Assembly: GCA_964352085.1 (NCBI GenBank) | Contig: CAYGPN010000001.1 | Coordinates: 95,823 to 159,822, forward strand | From: an uncultured Gammaproteobacteria bacterium | Lineage (GTDB): Bacteria; Cyanobacteriota; Vampirovibrionia; LMEP-6097; CAYGPN01 | Direction of reading: 5' to 3' | Length of the DNA stretch: 64,000 nt | Part shown: positions 47,657-57,524 of the stretch, piece after piece | Layout of the letters: every line of letters begins with the position of its first letter | Numbering within the stretch: the first letter of the stretch is position 1 | Program-made: the position numbers and the translations under genes | The notes under the pieces: generated by a model | The model's database searches: none | Told to the model about the DNA's origin: nothing | The model's input: the letters and a program-made list of their open reading frames with translations, nothing else

Positions 47657-49429
47657 ATGTCAAAAAACATCAAAAAAATAGTCCAAACAGCAGCCTTAAT
47701 CATGATTATGGCACTTAGCATAGGCTCAGCTGAAGCAATAATCGCATTTGGCTTAAGTAATGGCAGAAGGCTAAATCTTGATGGTAATAATACTTTTGAT
47801 ATAGATTTTGAAATTACGGACACTAAAGCAATTAATGACCATCAAACAGAATTGACTTTTAAGGTAAAAGATCTTCAAGATAAAGGTGATGTACTAAATT
47901 TAGCTTGGGACCTTATTAGAAGTGATTCTTCAATAGATAGAATTACTGACTTCAGTGATGTAGCAGGTGTAGATAAAAGTGTTCAAGCAATATATAGCGA
48001 AAAAGAACTCAATGATGGTGTGCTTATTACTGTTGAAGTATATAGAGGAACAGGACCAGATGCAGCTGAGCACAAAGTAAAAAGAATTAGAAAGAATGCT
48101 GCAGGCGAAATAACAATAGTAGATTCATCAAGAAGTGAACTATTATCCAATGATATAAGAAGCATAAACACAAGCTATAGAACAGTCCCAGACACTCAAC
48201 AATTCAGCTCTACCGGCTTTAATACATTTAGAATTAATCCTGGTAAAAATACTTTGGATCTAGATATTACCGTTAAAAGTTATACACATCATGGTGACAA
48301 TATTAATTACGCTCCAGAGTTTGTAAGAATTGAAGTAGAAAATCAAAGAGGTGTGGTGATTATCAATAAAACATTTACTAATGATAATCCAACATTTGGA
48401 GCTATGCCATTTGTAAATGTTCAAGACTTTAATTTCAAAGTAAAACTAGAAGGACTCAGAAGCTTAGATTCTTATAATTTTAAGTTAATTACAAATGAAA
48501 AATTTCCAGTCACGTTTCACTCACCATTATTATTTGAAACAAGGATAGAAGCAGTACAAAGCTTTATAAGCCCTGAAAGCACAGAAAGCGACAGTGAGAA
48601 TGAAGCAGATAACAGTACTGGTAATGGTTCTGAAAACAATGATGAAACTGATAATAATGGCGATACGGATGCTGATGAAGTTAATGATGGCGAAGTTTGT
48701 GGTCAAGGTTTCACCCCAGGTTCTGGGACAATTAATACATGCGGAGATCCAGATAATTCGGCTGATGACGAAACAACTAATGATGGATCAGAAGATACCG
48801 GAAGCACTGGCGGTGGATCAGGAAACACGGAAAGCACAACTGGTAGTGGATCAGGCGACACTGGAAACACTGGCGGTGGATCAGGTAGCACGGGAAGCAC
48901 TAACGGTGGATCAAACGATACTGGATCAACAGATAATGATACAGGAACAGATGATGATGAGATAGAAACAAGAGACGAAGACCGTTTTGGTGATGAGACA
49001 GAGACAAATATCCCAAACAATGATGATCAAGAAATTAGTGAAACTACAGTAGTAATTCCAAATAGAAACAATCCAAACACCGGAGAAATAACTCTAGTAA
49101 TATCAGAAGGTGAAAACAGAAGCTTAAAAGCCGGTGAAGAACTAACTTATCAGATCAAAGTAAATAGCAAGATTTTTAAATTTGACAAATATAAAAAGAA
49201 AGGGACAGCTATAGTAGGAAATGACGGTTTACTTAAACTTGAAACACTAAGTTTTAAGGAAAAAAGAAATAAACAAAGAGTAGCTAAACTTTTAAAGTCA
49301 CAAGGTAAGCTAAAGCTACTAAAAATAACTATTCGCGAAAAAGAGAAATCAAGAGTTTCAGTTAAACGTGGCGAAAGACCTAAGAAAATCAATAAAGTTA
49401 TTAGCAAAGAAACTATAATTCTAGACTAG
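47657..49429 (+). CDS. secreted/surface protein P1 (590 aa): signal peptide, beta-rich region, acidic G/S/T/D/N linker, basic C-terminal domain
   Basis: Signal peptide ...MALSIGSAEA. Linker GSTGGGSGNTES... The C-terminal roughly 130 aa align with the C-termini of P2 and P3. Confidence 0.85.
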   Translation: MSKNIKKIVQTAALIMIMALSIGSAEAIIAFGLSNGRRLNLDGNNTFDIDFEITDTKAINDHQTELTFKVKDLQDKGDVLNLAWDLIRSDSSIDRITDFSDVAGVDKSVQAIYSEKELNDGVLITVEVYRGTGPDAAEHKVKRIRKNAAGEITIVDSSRSELLSNDIRSINTSYRTVPDTQQFSSTGFNTFRINPGKNTLDLDITVKSYTHHGDNINYAPEFVRIEVENQRGVVIINKTFTNDNPTFGAMPFVNVQDFNFKVKLEGLRSLDSYNFKLITNEKFPVTFHSPLLFETRIEAVQSFISPESTESDSENEADNSTGNGSENNDETDNNGDTDADEVNDGEVCGQGFTPGSGTINTCGDPDNSADDETTNDGSEDTGSTGGGSGNTESTTGSGSGDTGNTGGGSGSTGSTNGGSNDTGSTDNDTGTDDDEIETRDEDRFGDETETNIPNNDDQEISETTVVIPNRNNPNTGEITLVISEGENRSLKAGEELTYQIKVNSKIFKFDKYKKKGTAIVGNDGLLKLETLSFKEKRNKQRVAKLLKSQGKLKLLKITIREKEKSRVSVKRGERPKKINKVISKETIILD

Positions 49430-49618
49430 AATTTATCAAAATAATAAACCTCGCGACTTCCTAAAATCATAGGTAAACACACTGACTCCGCTAGAAAGGA
49501 GCTTTAACAAGTAGAATAAATGGACTAGTCAAGTGAAGAAGACCTTAATCTAGCCTTAATTAAAACAAGATAATATGCATTATCTGGGATTTAAGGAAGC
49601 CAGAAAGGGAGTACAATC

Positions 49619-52249
49619 ATGCTAAAAAAGAAAGAGAAACTGAGGAGTAGCTATTTGCAAAATCCAATTAGAAACTTATTTATATCAATATTATTTACTT
49701 TTTTAGTAGCCGTGCCAGCTCAAGCTGTAGTTGACGGTAGCATGAATGTTAATTTACCAAAACTAGAAGGTCAATCAAACACTACTTATCTAAGAGCTGA
49801 AATAAATAATTTTCCACCTAACACAACAATTCAAGATTATACTTTTGATTGGGATACAGATCAAGATGGTAGCTTTGACAAGTCAGGAAGAGAAGTAGGT
49901 GTATTTTATCCAGACCAACTTTTTATAAATGGAAATGGGGTAATTTTCAATCAACTACAAACCATTACATTAAAAATTACAAATACTAAAAATAATGAAA
50001 CACTTACTCTAACACAAGCTTTAGAAGTATTTAACAGAAGACCTTCTGCTACTTATGTTACAAGCACAAGAAAAAGACCTTTCATAATTAACGGTTGTAT
50101 GACTAACCCTCAAAGAGACTGTGACGTTTCATATGGAATAGATTTTGTAGCAACAGTTGATGACGAAAACCCAAATAACATAAATCACAGAGTAGACTTT
50201 AGTAACGCTCAAAACAATAGCAATTTTAATTTAAGCCTTCAAAGCAATTCAAATGATTTTTCATTAACCTATGCAGCAGCTGGCACTTATAATGTAGCTA
50301 TCATAGCGACAGATATATATAGTCTAAATAGTCAGCAAGAATTTTTGACAATTACTATTCCAGAAAATATTAGACCTGATGTGCAATTCAGCAGTTCTGG
50401 AACTACTGTAAACGTTCCAGTAAACTTTGATGCTTCAGCATCTAGCGATAGTGATGGCTCTATAGCTCAATATGCATGGGATTTCAATAGTGACGGGACT
50501 TACGAGCAAATAACTGACATTAACAATCTAAGAAAAATTACTAGTCATATTTTTAGCACAACTGGAAATAAAACTATCACTTTAAAAATTACAGATGATA
50601 GCGGGCAAAGTAGCACAAAAGTGATGAACCTAAATATCACTACAAAGACAAACAACGCACCAGAATTAAAACAAATTGGTGCACAAACTTTTACTGTTGG
50701 TCAAAAACTAAGCCTTCCTCTAGAAGCAACAGATAATGATCAAAATGACATATTAGATATTAATTTAATTGGCGTAGCAGCAGGAAGCTTCACAAATCTT
50801 GTTAAGAGTGTAGGTAAAACTAATGTACTATATGAATTCACACCAAACTCAAATGCTTCATTTACTAGAACATTCTGCGCAAACGATAATACTGGAACAG
50901 CTAATTCACAAGACTGTGAAACTGTAACTTTTACAGAAGCTAACAACCCAGCTCCTCAAGTTAACAACGCACCAACTCTTAATCCAATTGGCGCTCAGAC
51001 ACTTACAGTAGGGCAAGCTACAAGCATAGAAATTACAGCTGCTGATCAAGATATAAATGATGATTTAAACATTATTGCTAATGGCAACACCAATGGTGGG
51101 CTAATAGAAAATATTAGAAAAGCTCCTGGTGACACTAGAGTAGACTTTAATATAACTCCAGCAAATGATACTGACTTTAGTCTAGAGTTTTGTGCAAACG
51201 ATGGCACAGATAGCGACTGTGAAACTGTACAATTTACAGTTAACGATCCTCAAGCACCTGTTAATGACCCACCAAGCTTCACTACAGTACCTACTAACAC
51301 TATTGCTGGTGAAGTTGGCAAGGAACTAACTTTTACAGTTATTGCTAAAGATCCTGAAAATGACACTGCAAACACAGATATTATCGAGCCAACAAACATG
51401 CCAAGTGGAGCAGTTTTCACAAAGACTATTAATGGAAATGATATAGAGTTTAAATTTACTTTCACTCCAACAGCTCAGCAAACTGGAGACATCACATTAA
51501 GCTTAGGTTTAACAGATGGCACAAATACAGTTAGTAATGCTGCAGTTGTAAATATCACTGTTACAGATCCAAATTCTGGCGGCGGAAATACCGGCGGCGG
51601 TAACACTGGTGGTGGAAATACCGGCGGCGGTAACACTGGCGGTGGCAACACAGGTGGTGGTAATACCGGCGGCGGCAACACTGGCGGTGGTACTACTGGT
51701 GGAGGAACAACAACTGGTGGTGGTAACACCGGCGGTGGAACAACAACTGGTGGTGGTAACACCGACGGTGGAACAACGACTGGTGGTGATGACACAACAG
51801 ATCCAGTCATAGATCCAGTTCCTGACAACACTAGCAAAGATATTATTGAAACAGAAGTGCAAGTAAACAACACTACAAGTACTGGTCAAGCAACAATTGA
51901 AATAAATAAAGCTGAAGCAGGACTTCAAACACTTAGTGAAGGTGATGAGTTCTTATTTGTAATTAAGCCAAACAAGAAAATTTTCAAATTCAATAAATTT
52001 AAAAAGAAAGGAATAGCAACTATTGGTAACAACGGAAGTTTCATGATTCCATCTATTCAATTCAAGATCAAGAAAAACAAACATAGAGTAACTGAAAAGC
52101 TTAGAGCAAAAGGCAAACTTAAACTCTTTAAAGTAACTGTAAAAGAGAAAAACAAAACAAGAGTTAAAGTCAAACGCGGTAAAAAATCTAAAAAGAAACG
52201 TAAGATTATTTCAAGAAAAACAATAATTCTTGAAAAGGAGTCTAACTAA
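49619..52249 (+). CDS. secreted/surface protein P2 (876 aa): PKD domain, 3 cadherin-like/Ig-like repeats, GGGNT linker, basic C-terminal domain
   Basis: Signal peptide ...VAVPAQA. PKD motif FDASASSDSDGSIAQYAWDFNSDGTYE. Repeats of the type NNAPELKQIGAQTFTVGQ...ATDNDQNDIL. Confidence 0.9.
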   Translation: MLKKKEKLRSSYLQNPIRNLFISILFTFLVAVPAQAVVDGSMNVNLPKLEGQSNTTYLRAEINNFPPNTTIQDYTFDWDTDQDGSFDKSGREVGVFYPDQLFINGNGVIFNQLQTITLKITNTKNNETLTLTQALEVFNRRPSATYVTSTRKRPFIINGCMTNPQRDCDVSYGIDFVATVDDENPNNINHRVDFSNAQNNSNFNLSLQSNSNDFSLTYAAAGTYNVAIIATDIYSLNSQQEFLTITIPENIRPDVQFSSSGTTVNVPVNFDASASSDSDGSIAQYAWDFNSDGTYEQITDINNLRKITSHIFSTTGNKTITLKITDDSGQSSTKVMNLNITTKTNNAPELKQIGAQTFTVGQKLSLPLEATDNDQNDILDINLIGVAAGSFTNLVKSVGKTNVLYEFTPNSNASFTRTFCANDNTGTANSQDCETVTFTEANNPAPQVNNAPTLNPIGAQTLTVGQATSIEITAADQDINDDLNIIANGNTNGGLIENIRKAPGDTRVDFNITPANDTDFSLEFCANDGTDSDCETVQFTVNDPQAPVNDPPSFTTVPTNTIAGEVGKELTFTVIAKDPENDTANTDIIEPTNMPSGAVFTKTINGNDIEFKFTFTPTAQQTGDITLSLGLTDGTNTVSNAAVVNITVTDPNSGGGNTGGGNTGGGNTGGGNTGGGNTGGGNTGGGNTGGGTTGGGTTTGGGNTGGGTTTGGGNTDGGTTTGGDDTTDPVIDPVPDNTSKDIIETEVQVNNTTSTGQATIEINKAEAGLQTLSEGDEFLFVIKPNKKIFKFNKFKKKGIATIGNNGSFMIPSIQFKIKKNKHRVTEKLRAKGKLKLFKVTVKEKNKTRVKVKRGKKSKKKRKIISRKTIILEKESN
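51578..51787 (+). repeat. in-frame 15-bp (and 18-bp) tandem repeat encoding (GGGNT)7 then GGGTT/GGGTTT variants
   Basis: GGCGGCGGAAATACC / GGCGGCGGTAACACT / GGTGGTGGAAATACC units read directly. The antisense track ORFs here are artefacts. Confidence 0.9.
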
Positions 52250-52442
52250 TGAAGACTCTCAAGTACTTATTCAGAAAGGGTTACAAGCTTAGCCTAATAA
52301 TTTAAAAATAGGTAAGAACACCTAAGCAGATGATTTTAAATAAAAAATCCTAGTATTTTTTTATGAAATATCAAGCCTGTATGTATCTATATATGTTATT
52401 ATTTATAATTGGAACACTCATATTTAAGGGAGAAAGAGAAAA

Positions 52443-55400
52443 ATGGCAAACCTAAGGAACTTTTTAATTGCAACATTAGCTTTATTTTTAAGCTACAGCG
52501 CGGCTTCTGCAGAAGCAGTTAACACAACTGTAAGAGGCCCAGGCAAGGATTTTAACGGAAATCCTATCGCCAACACAATCACGACAAATACATTTAATTT
52601 GAATCAAGTAGATTCAGACAAATCAGCCATTGATATCAACTTATCTTTTGGCAGGTTTACATTTGTAAATTCAAACCCTCCACTAATTTATGTACCAGAG
52701 CAAGTTAGACTAAGACTTTTAGACTCAGACACTAATGCTGTCGTAATGGATAGAACAGAAGTTAATTCGGGTCAGGTTGTGGGTGGTTCCTCTGCACTTC
52801 CTCCTTTATTTCTAATCAATATAAGTAATGTAAGAGTTAACCCAAGTCAAAATTTAAAACTAGAGATTTCAGTTATAAAGGACACTAGCCTCCCTAATGG
52901 TTTCCTTTCTAGTAACGGAACACAAAGACCATATCGAGTAACAGGAAACGTGAACCAAGTAATCTTTGATCCCAATCAAGCAGATCCTGGAGCTGGTTCA
53001 ATTGGCGACACTGTTGTTTTTAGAGGTTTTGAATTTGGAGTTGGTTTAAACACTAGACTTGATAGTAATACTCAACAAACTATTTTAGATTTCACCGTAA
53101 ATAACTGCCCAAATTGTGTTGGCATTAGTAGAGTTGAATTTGATTTTCAAGCGAACAATACCAACCAAAATGGAACTGCAGATTTTGATGCTGTATTAAT
53201 AGGGAATGAAATCAACTCTCCACCAGCTGTAGCTAGCTTTGGTGTTTCTGGTGGTTTACTTCCAGAAGTTGTTGAAATCAGAGTTTATGAAGGGACTTCA
53301 AATGAATTGAAGTTTAGATTCTATAAGTTAATTAATAGAGATGGCACTATGTCTAATGCATCAAACGCTCTTGGAGAACTTCTGATAGGTAATGATGTTA
53401 GTAATATTGCTGCAAACAACCCATTTAATCAAGGTACGAATGACACGGATTTTGTAATTTTCAATGGTTTTGAATTCGGCGTAAACATGATTACAAGACC
53501 TACTAGCCCAGGAAATGTTGAATTAGCATTCAATGTTGATCATTGCCCAAGTTGCACAGATATTACTAAAGTAGAGTTTGACTTCCAAGCAAATGATATT
53601 GATCAGCAAAACACTCCTGGAATCACTGCTGATGCGACTTTAACGGCTCAAGACATCTTCATTACTCCTAAACAAGCTAAATTTTCTATTGCAACAGGTT
53701 TGCTACCTGAAGTAGTTGAAGTAAGAGTGTTTAGATTAGTGAATGGTTCAGAGCAATTCTACTTCAGACTATTCAAACAAATTGGTAGAGATGGAAGCTT
53801 CATTAATGTTTCAGATGCTATAGGAAACCCACTTAACGGAAATGATGTGAGCAATCACCAAGCTAGAAGCAAAAACCCATTACCTAATACCGCAGTTGAT
53901 GTTGTATTTAACGGCTTTGAATTCGGTGTAAATATGACACTAAGAGCAGTAAATCCAGGTGAGAACAATCTAGACTTTACTGTAAACAAATGCCCTAACT
54001 GTGTAGGTATTTCCAGATTACTATTTGATTTTGATCCTCAACTCGGAGCAAGAAATGTAATTGATGCAAGTCTAGAAGACCATGAAATCTTCTTTAACCC
54101 TCGCTTAGCTAGAATAACTGTAGCTCCTGGATCACTTCCAGAAGTAGTTAAAATAACTGTACAGCAAGGTACTTCACAAGATACTTTCTTCTCTTTCTTT
54201 GTAGCAGTTGCAAGCAATGGAACAATTAGTTTAGCTGCTGATGAAGATGGAACTCCATTAGTTGGTAATGATGTTAGTAATCTAGCAATCAACAGTGGTG
54301 GAAATACAGCTCCTCCTACTAATGTTTGTGACCCTGCATTAAATAGATGCCTGCCTTTCACAGGAACAGCTGATATTATTGATTTCACAGATTCAGACAA
54401 TAAAGCAGAGTTTGATATTGATGTGAAAAACGATGGTTCAACTTTGAAAATTAACGTTAAGGTTAACCCATCATTATTACCTCAACAAACTCCAGTTTCA
54501 TTCCCTGCACAAAACGTAACGCTTACTTTAACTGGCAATGGAGTTAATGAAACTATTACAAGCACTGACTTAGATACAGCTACACAAATCTTTGAAACAG
54601 AGCTAAATATAAATCCAATAAATAGCGGAAGTTACCAATTAGAAATTGAAGTTAGAAACCCTGGTGGTCTTGAAGGAATCCAACATGGATTTGGCTTAAC
54701 TGTTACTGAAACACCAGCAAATACACCAACTCCAACACCTACTAATGTTTGTGACCCAGCAGTTAACGGTTGTATTCCTTTTACTGGCAATGCGCAAGTA
54801 AAAGACTTCACTGATGCTAACAACATAGCTGAGTTTGACATTAGTGTTCCTGATGATAATTCAGACTTGAAAGTTAACGTTAAAGTGAATCCTTCGCTTG
54901 ACGCTCAGCAAGCTGAATTTGAAGCAGCAAATGTGACACTTACCTTAAGTGGTAACGGTGTGAATATAACTGTTACTAACACTGACTTAGATACTGCAAC
55001 TAATATCTTTGAATCAGAATTATCTGCGACTAACTTAAACAACGGTACTTATAAACTAACAATTGAAGTTGAGAATCCAAGTGGTTTAGAAGCTATACAG
55101 CATGGATTTGGTTTAACAACTGAGATAACAACTCAAACTCCAAACCCAACGCCGACGCCAACTCCGACACCAACGCCGACGCCAACTCCTACGCCAACTC
55201 CTACGCCGACACCGGCTCCACTTCCGACGCCTACACCAGATCCAGACCCGATCCCTGGGGATGACGGTGAAGTAACTGACGATGATGGTTTAATTGGAAT
55301 CGTACCTAGAGTTGATGTTGATATCTTCAACCCACAAAAAGGTGGTTCAGTTGAAGTGAAAGTAGGTGACATCTTAGATGGCAACACTGGTAACGTAATT

Positions 55401-55748
55401 AGTCTAGATGCTAATAAAGTAGTAGCCTACAGAATCAAACCTCACAAATCAGTCAAAATTCCTAGAAAGGAAAGATTCGGTCTTGTTCAATTTAACGATG
55501 CAGGAATTGGACAGCTAGAAGCTGATATAGACTACTTAATTAAGTCTGGTAAACGTGGTAGACGTGCTGCTAGAAGACTAGAGAAGAAAGGTAACACTCC
55601 TTTATTCAAGATCTTCTTAAGAGAAGTACCTGCTAGCGTTCAAGAGCTAGATACAAGCAAGAGAAAACAAAGACGCAAGTTTAGACGCAATTTTAATCGT
55701 GCTCGCAAGAACCTTGCTAAAGATATAATCCGACTAAACGCTAATTAA
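52443..55748 (+). CDS. secreted/surface protein P3 (1101 aa): 3x about 145-150-aa repeats with CP(N/S)C motif, 2x about 141-aa repeats, (PT)n linker, basic C-terminal domain
   Basis: Signal peptide ...SYSAASAEA. Repeats start near 53006, 53442 and 53892, and near 54318 and 54741. Confidence 0.9.
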   Translation: MANLRNFLIATLALFLSYSAASAEAVNTTVRGPGKDFNGNPIANTITTNTFNLNQVDSDKSAIDINLSFGRFTFVNSNPPLIYVPEQVRLRLLDSDTNAVVMDRTEVNSGQVVGGSSALPPLFLINISNVRVNPSQNLKLEISVIKDTSLPNGFLSSNGTQRPYRVTGNVNQVIFDPNQADPGAGSIGDTVVFRGFEFGVGLNTRLDSNTQQTILDFTVNNCPNCVGISRVEFDFQANNTNQNGTADFDAVLIGNEINSPPAVASFGVSGGLLPEVVEIRVYEGTSNELKFRFYKLINRDGTMSNASNALGELLIGNDVSNIAANNPFNQGTNDTDFVIFNGFEFGVNMITRPTSPGNVELAFNVDHCPSCTDITKVEFDFQANDIDQQNTPGITADATLTAQDIFITPKQAKFSIATGLLPEVVEVRVFRLVNGSEQFYFRLFKQIGRDGSFINVSDAIGNPLNGNDVSNHQARSKNPLPNTAVDVVFNGFEFGVNMTLRAVNPGENNLDFTVNKCPNCVGISRLLFDFDPQLGARNVIDASLEDHEIFFNPRLARITVAPGSLPEVVKITVQQGTSQDTFFSFFVAVASNGTISLAADEDGTPLVGNDVSNLAINSGGNTAPPTNVCDPALNRCLPFTGTADIIDFTDSDNKAEFDIDVKNDGSTLKINVKVNPSLLPQQTPVSFPAQNVTLTLTGNGVNETITSTDLDTATQIFETELNINPINSGSYQLEIEVRNPGGLEGIQHGFGLTVTETPANTPTPTPTNVCDPAVNGCIPFTGNAQVKDFTDANNIAEFDISVPDDNSDLKVNVKVNPSLDAQQAEFEAANVTLTLSGNGVNITVTNTDLDTATNIFESELSATNLNNGTYKLTIEVENPSGLEAIQHGFGLTTEITTQTPNPTPTPTPTPTPTPTPTPTPTPTPAPLPTPTPDPDPIPGDDGEVTDDDGLIGIVPRVDVDIFNPQKGGSVEVKVGDILDGNTGNVISLDANKVVAYRIKPHKSVKIPRKERFGLVQFNDAGIGQLEADIDYLIKSGKRGRRAARRLEKKGNTPLFKIFLREVPASVQELDTSKRKQRRKFRRNFNRARKNLAKDIIRLNAN
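55141..55250 (+). repeat. in-frame Pro-Thr dipeptide repeat (about 6-bp periodicity)
   Basis: Encodes NPTPTPTPTPTPTPTPTPTPTPTPAPLPTPTPDPDP. Confidence 0.9.
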
Positions 55749-55772
55749 AGAATAGGATTAGACTTAAAAAAG

Positions 55773-55803
55773 AGACCTCAGCCAAAAGCTGGGGTCTTTT
55801 TTT
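55773..55803 (+). terminator. Rho-independent terminator after P3
   Basis: AGACCTCAGC / GCTGGGGTCT 10-bp stem (one G-U), loop CAAAA, then a T run. Confidence 0.75.
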
Positions 55804-55881
55804 ATATACCTGTAAAAACCCATAGTCAGAAAACATAAACAACTAAGAGATCTAAATAAGACTAGCGAGCTAAATATGCCC

Positions 55882-55915
55882 AAAAACTAAAAAGACTGTA
55901 GGTCATCTACAGTCT
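55882..55915 (-). terminator. Rho-independent terminator of the 66-aa ORF
   Basis: AGACTGTAG / CTACAGTCT 9-bp stem with a 5-nt loop, followed on the minus strand by TTTTAGTTTTT. Confidence 0.65.
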
Positions 55916-55941
55916 TTTCACCACCAATTGTTTAGTTCTGC

Positions 55942-56142
55942 TTATGAGCAGTTTAAAATCATTATTCTTCCACCTACCAGAACTGATTTGATCTCATGGT
56001 CAACGAAGTTCTCAGTTAAAGCTCTACCTGCAGTCTCTAAATCAGCTGCGGTTTTACGAATAGATGCAGGCAAAGTACGGAAATAGTTAATTCTATTTGC
56101 GATTTGCTGCTTTTCGTTTTTTGTTAGTGTTGGTGATTGCAT
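55942..56142 (-). CDS. small hypothetical protein (66 aa)
   Basis: GGAGAGAAGAAGGAAA purine-rich SD region upstream and its own terminator downstream. Confidence 0.55.
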   Translation of the reverse strand: MQSPTLTKNEKQQIANRINYFRTLPASIRKTAADLETAGRALTENFVDHEIKSVLVGGRIMILNCS

Positions 56143-56334
56143 GGTGTTTTCCTTCTTCTCTCCTATATATAAAGCGAAATTACAGGTATATTTGACAATA
56201 TATATAGCAAAATAGTCTAAAAAACCTAGCTGAAAACACCTAAATGCCTTTATACTAGGGAAAAATTAAGAAATATCGATAAAAATACATATAGATTGCA
56301 GATAATAGGGCAAAAAGGCTATTATTAGTGAGCT

Positions 56335-56937
56335 ATGGCGAAATACACAGGACCTAAAGACAAAATATCAAGAGGATTCGGCGAAATTCTATCTGGAATG
56401 CCGACCTTCGAAATCGCAAGAAGACCATATAAAGCTGGGCAGCACGGCCAACGTAAGCCTAAAGCATCAGAGTATGGAATCCTTCTTAAAGAGAAACAAA
56501 AGCTAAGACTTAGCTATTTTATTTTAGAAAAACAATTCTACAGATACTATCTAAAAGCATCTCGCAAAAAGGGACCTACTGGTGAAATCCTTTTGCAAAT
56601 GCTTGAGACTAGGTTAGACAACCTCGTTTATAGACTTGGTTTTGCGCAGACTTTACCTGCCGCAAGACAACTAGTGAACCACGGACATATCACTGTTAAT
56701 GGGTATAAAGTAGATATCCCTTCTTACGCTGTTAAGCCGGGTGATCTAATAGTTGTTAGAGAAAAATCAAGAAAAGTACCTCAATTACTAGAAGCTATGA
56801 AAGAGCATGTTTCAACTCTTTCTTACATACAAAGAGAGAAGGATTCTTTTGAAGCTACATTGTTAGCAATGCCTACTAGAGATGAAATCCCTGTTTCAGT
56901 AAATGAACGTATGATTGTTGAGTACTACTCTAGATAA
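56335..56937 (+). CDS. rpsD: 30S ribosomal protein S4
   Basis: MAKYTGPK..., LLQMLETRLDNLVYRLGFA.T...ARQLV.HGHI.VNG. Confidence 0.95.
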   Translation: MAKYTGPKDKISRGFGEILSGMPTFEIARRPYKAGQHGQRKPKASEYGILLKEKQKLRLSYFILEKQFYRYYLKASRKKGPTGEILLQMLETRLDNLVYRLGFAQTLPAARQLVNHGHITVNGYKVDIPSYAVKPGDLIVVREKSRKVPQLLEAMKEHVSTLSYIQREKDSFEATLLAMPTRDEIPVSVNERMIVEYYSR

Positions 56938-57058
56938 AACTAAAGATCTGATTGTTGAGGTCTTTTATATAGCGGATTATGACTGCGTCAAATCCTTCTA
57001 GATAGTAAGTAACTACGCTCTTAATTCAAATTTAACGCTATATTGGTTATATAAATAT

Positions 57059-57520
57059 ATGAATAAAGTTCTACTAGCTTTGCTTATGTTTTTAACGCTC
57101 AACTCAGCGGCTTTAGCTGAACCCTTTAAACTTGGTGCTAGCCAAAGCGATAGCAGCTACGAGCAATCGAATAAAGGCGTTATTGGAATTCGCTTTGAAA
57201 AGCTACACAGTAGATACAGTAGAAAAAGTATTGGAACCAGACCAAGAATAGTTGAAGTCTATCCTGGCACACCTGCTGAAAGATCAGGTTTAAAAGCAGG
57301 TGACGAGATTGCAAAAATTAATGGCATAGCAACAGAACCATTCAACTCTAACCAAATTTTCAGCTTAATGGCAGGACCTCCAGGAGCGCCGCTCTATTTA
57401 GAAATCATAAGTAGTGGTCCTTACGGTGGTCAATTGAAAAAGAATGTAACCGTTATGAGGATGGACATGAATCGTATTGAATCTGATAACATTTTTAGAA
57501 TTTATAAATATGGCTACTAA
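57059..57520 (+). CDS. secreted PDZ-domain protein
   Basis: Signal peptide ...LNSAALA. PDZ core IVEVYPGTPAERSGLKAGDEIAKING. Confidence 0.75.
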   Translation: MNKVLLALLMFLTLNSAALAEPFKLGASQSDSSYEQSNKGVIGIRFEKLHSRYSRKSIGTRPRIVEVYPGTPAERSGLKAGDEIAKINGIATEPFNSNQIFSLMAGPPGAPLYLEIISSGPYGGQLKKNVTVMRMDMNRIESDNIFRIYKYGY

Positions 57521-57524
57521 GCGT

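Noticed and set aside
51475-51928. Antisense and alternate-frame ORFs (PPV- and TTS-rich) inside the GGGNT repeat of P2. Similar cases: 48594..49020 in P1 and 55133..55387 in P3.
   Set aside because: They are low-complexity artefacts of the coding tandem repeats on the opposite strand or frame.
47657-55748. Diversity-generating retroelement or phase-variable target among the surface proteins
   Set aside because: There is no reverse transcriptase, template repeat or invertase in the window. The internal repeats are ordinary domain duplications.
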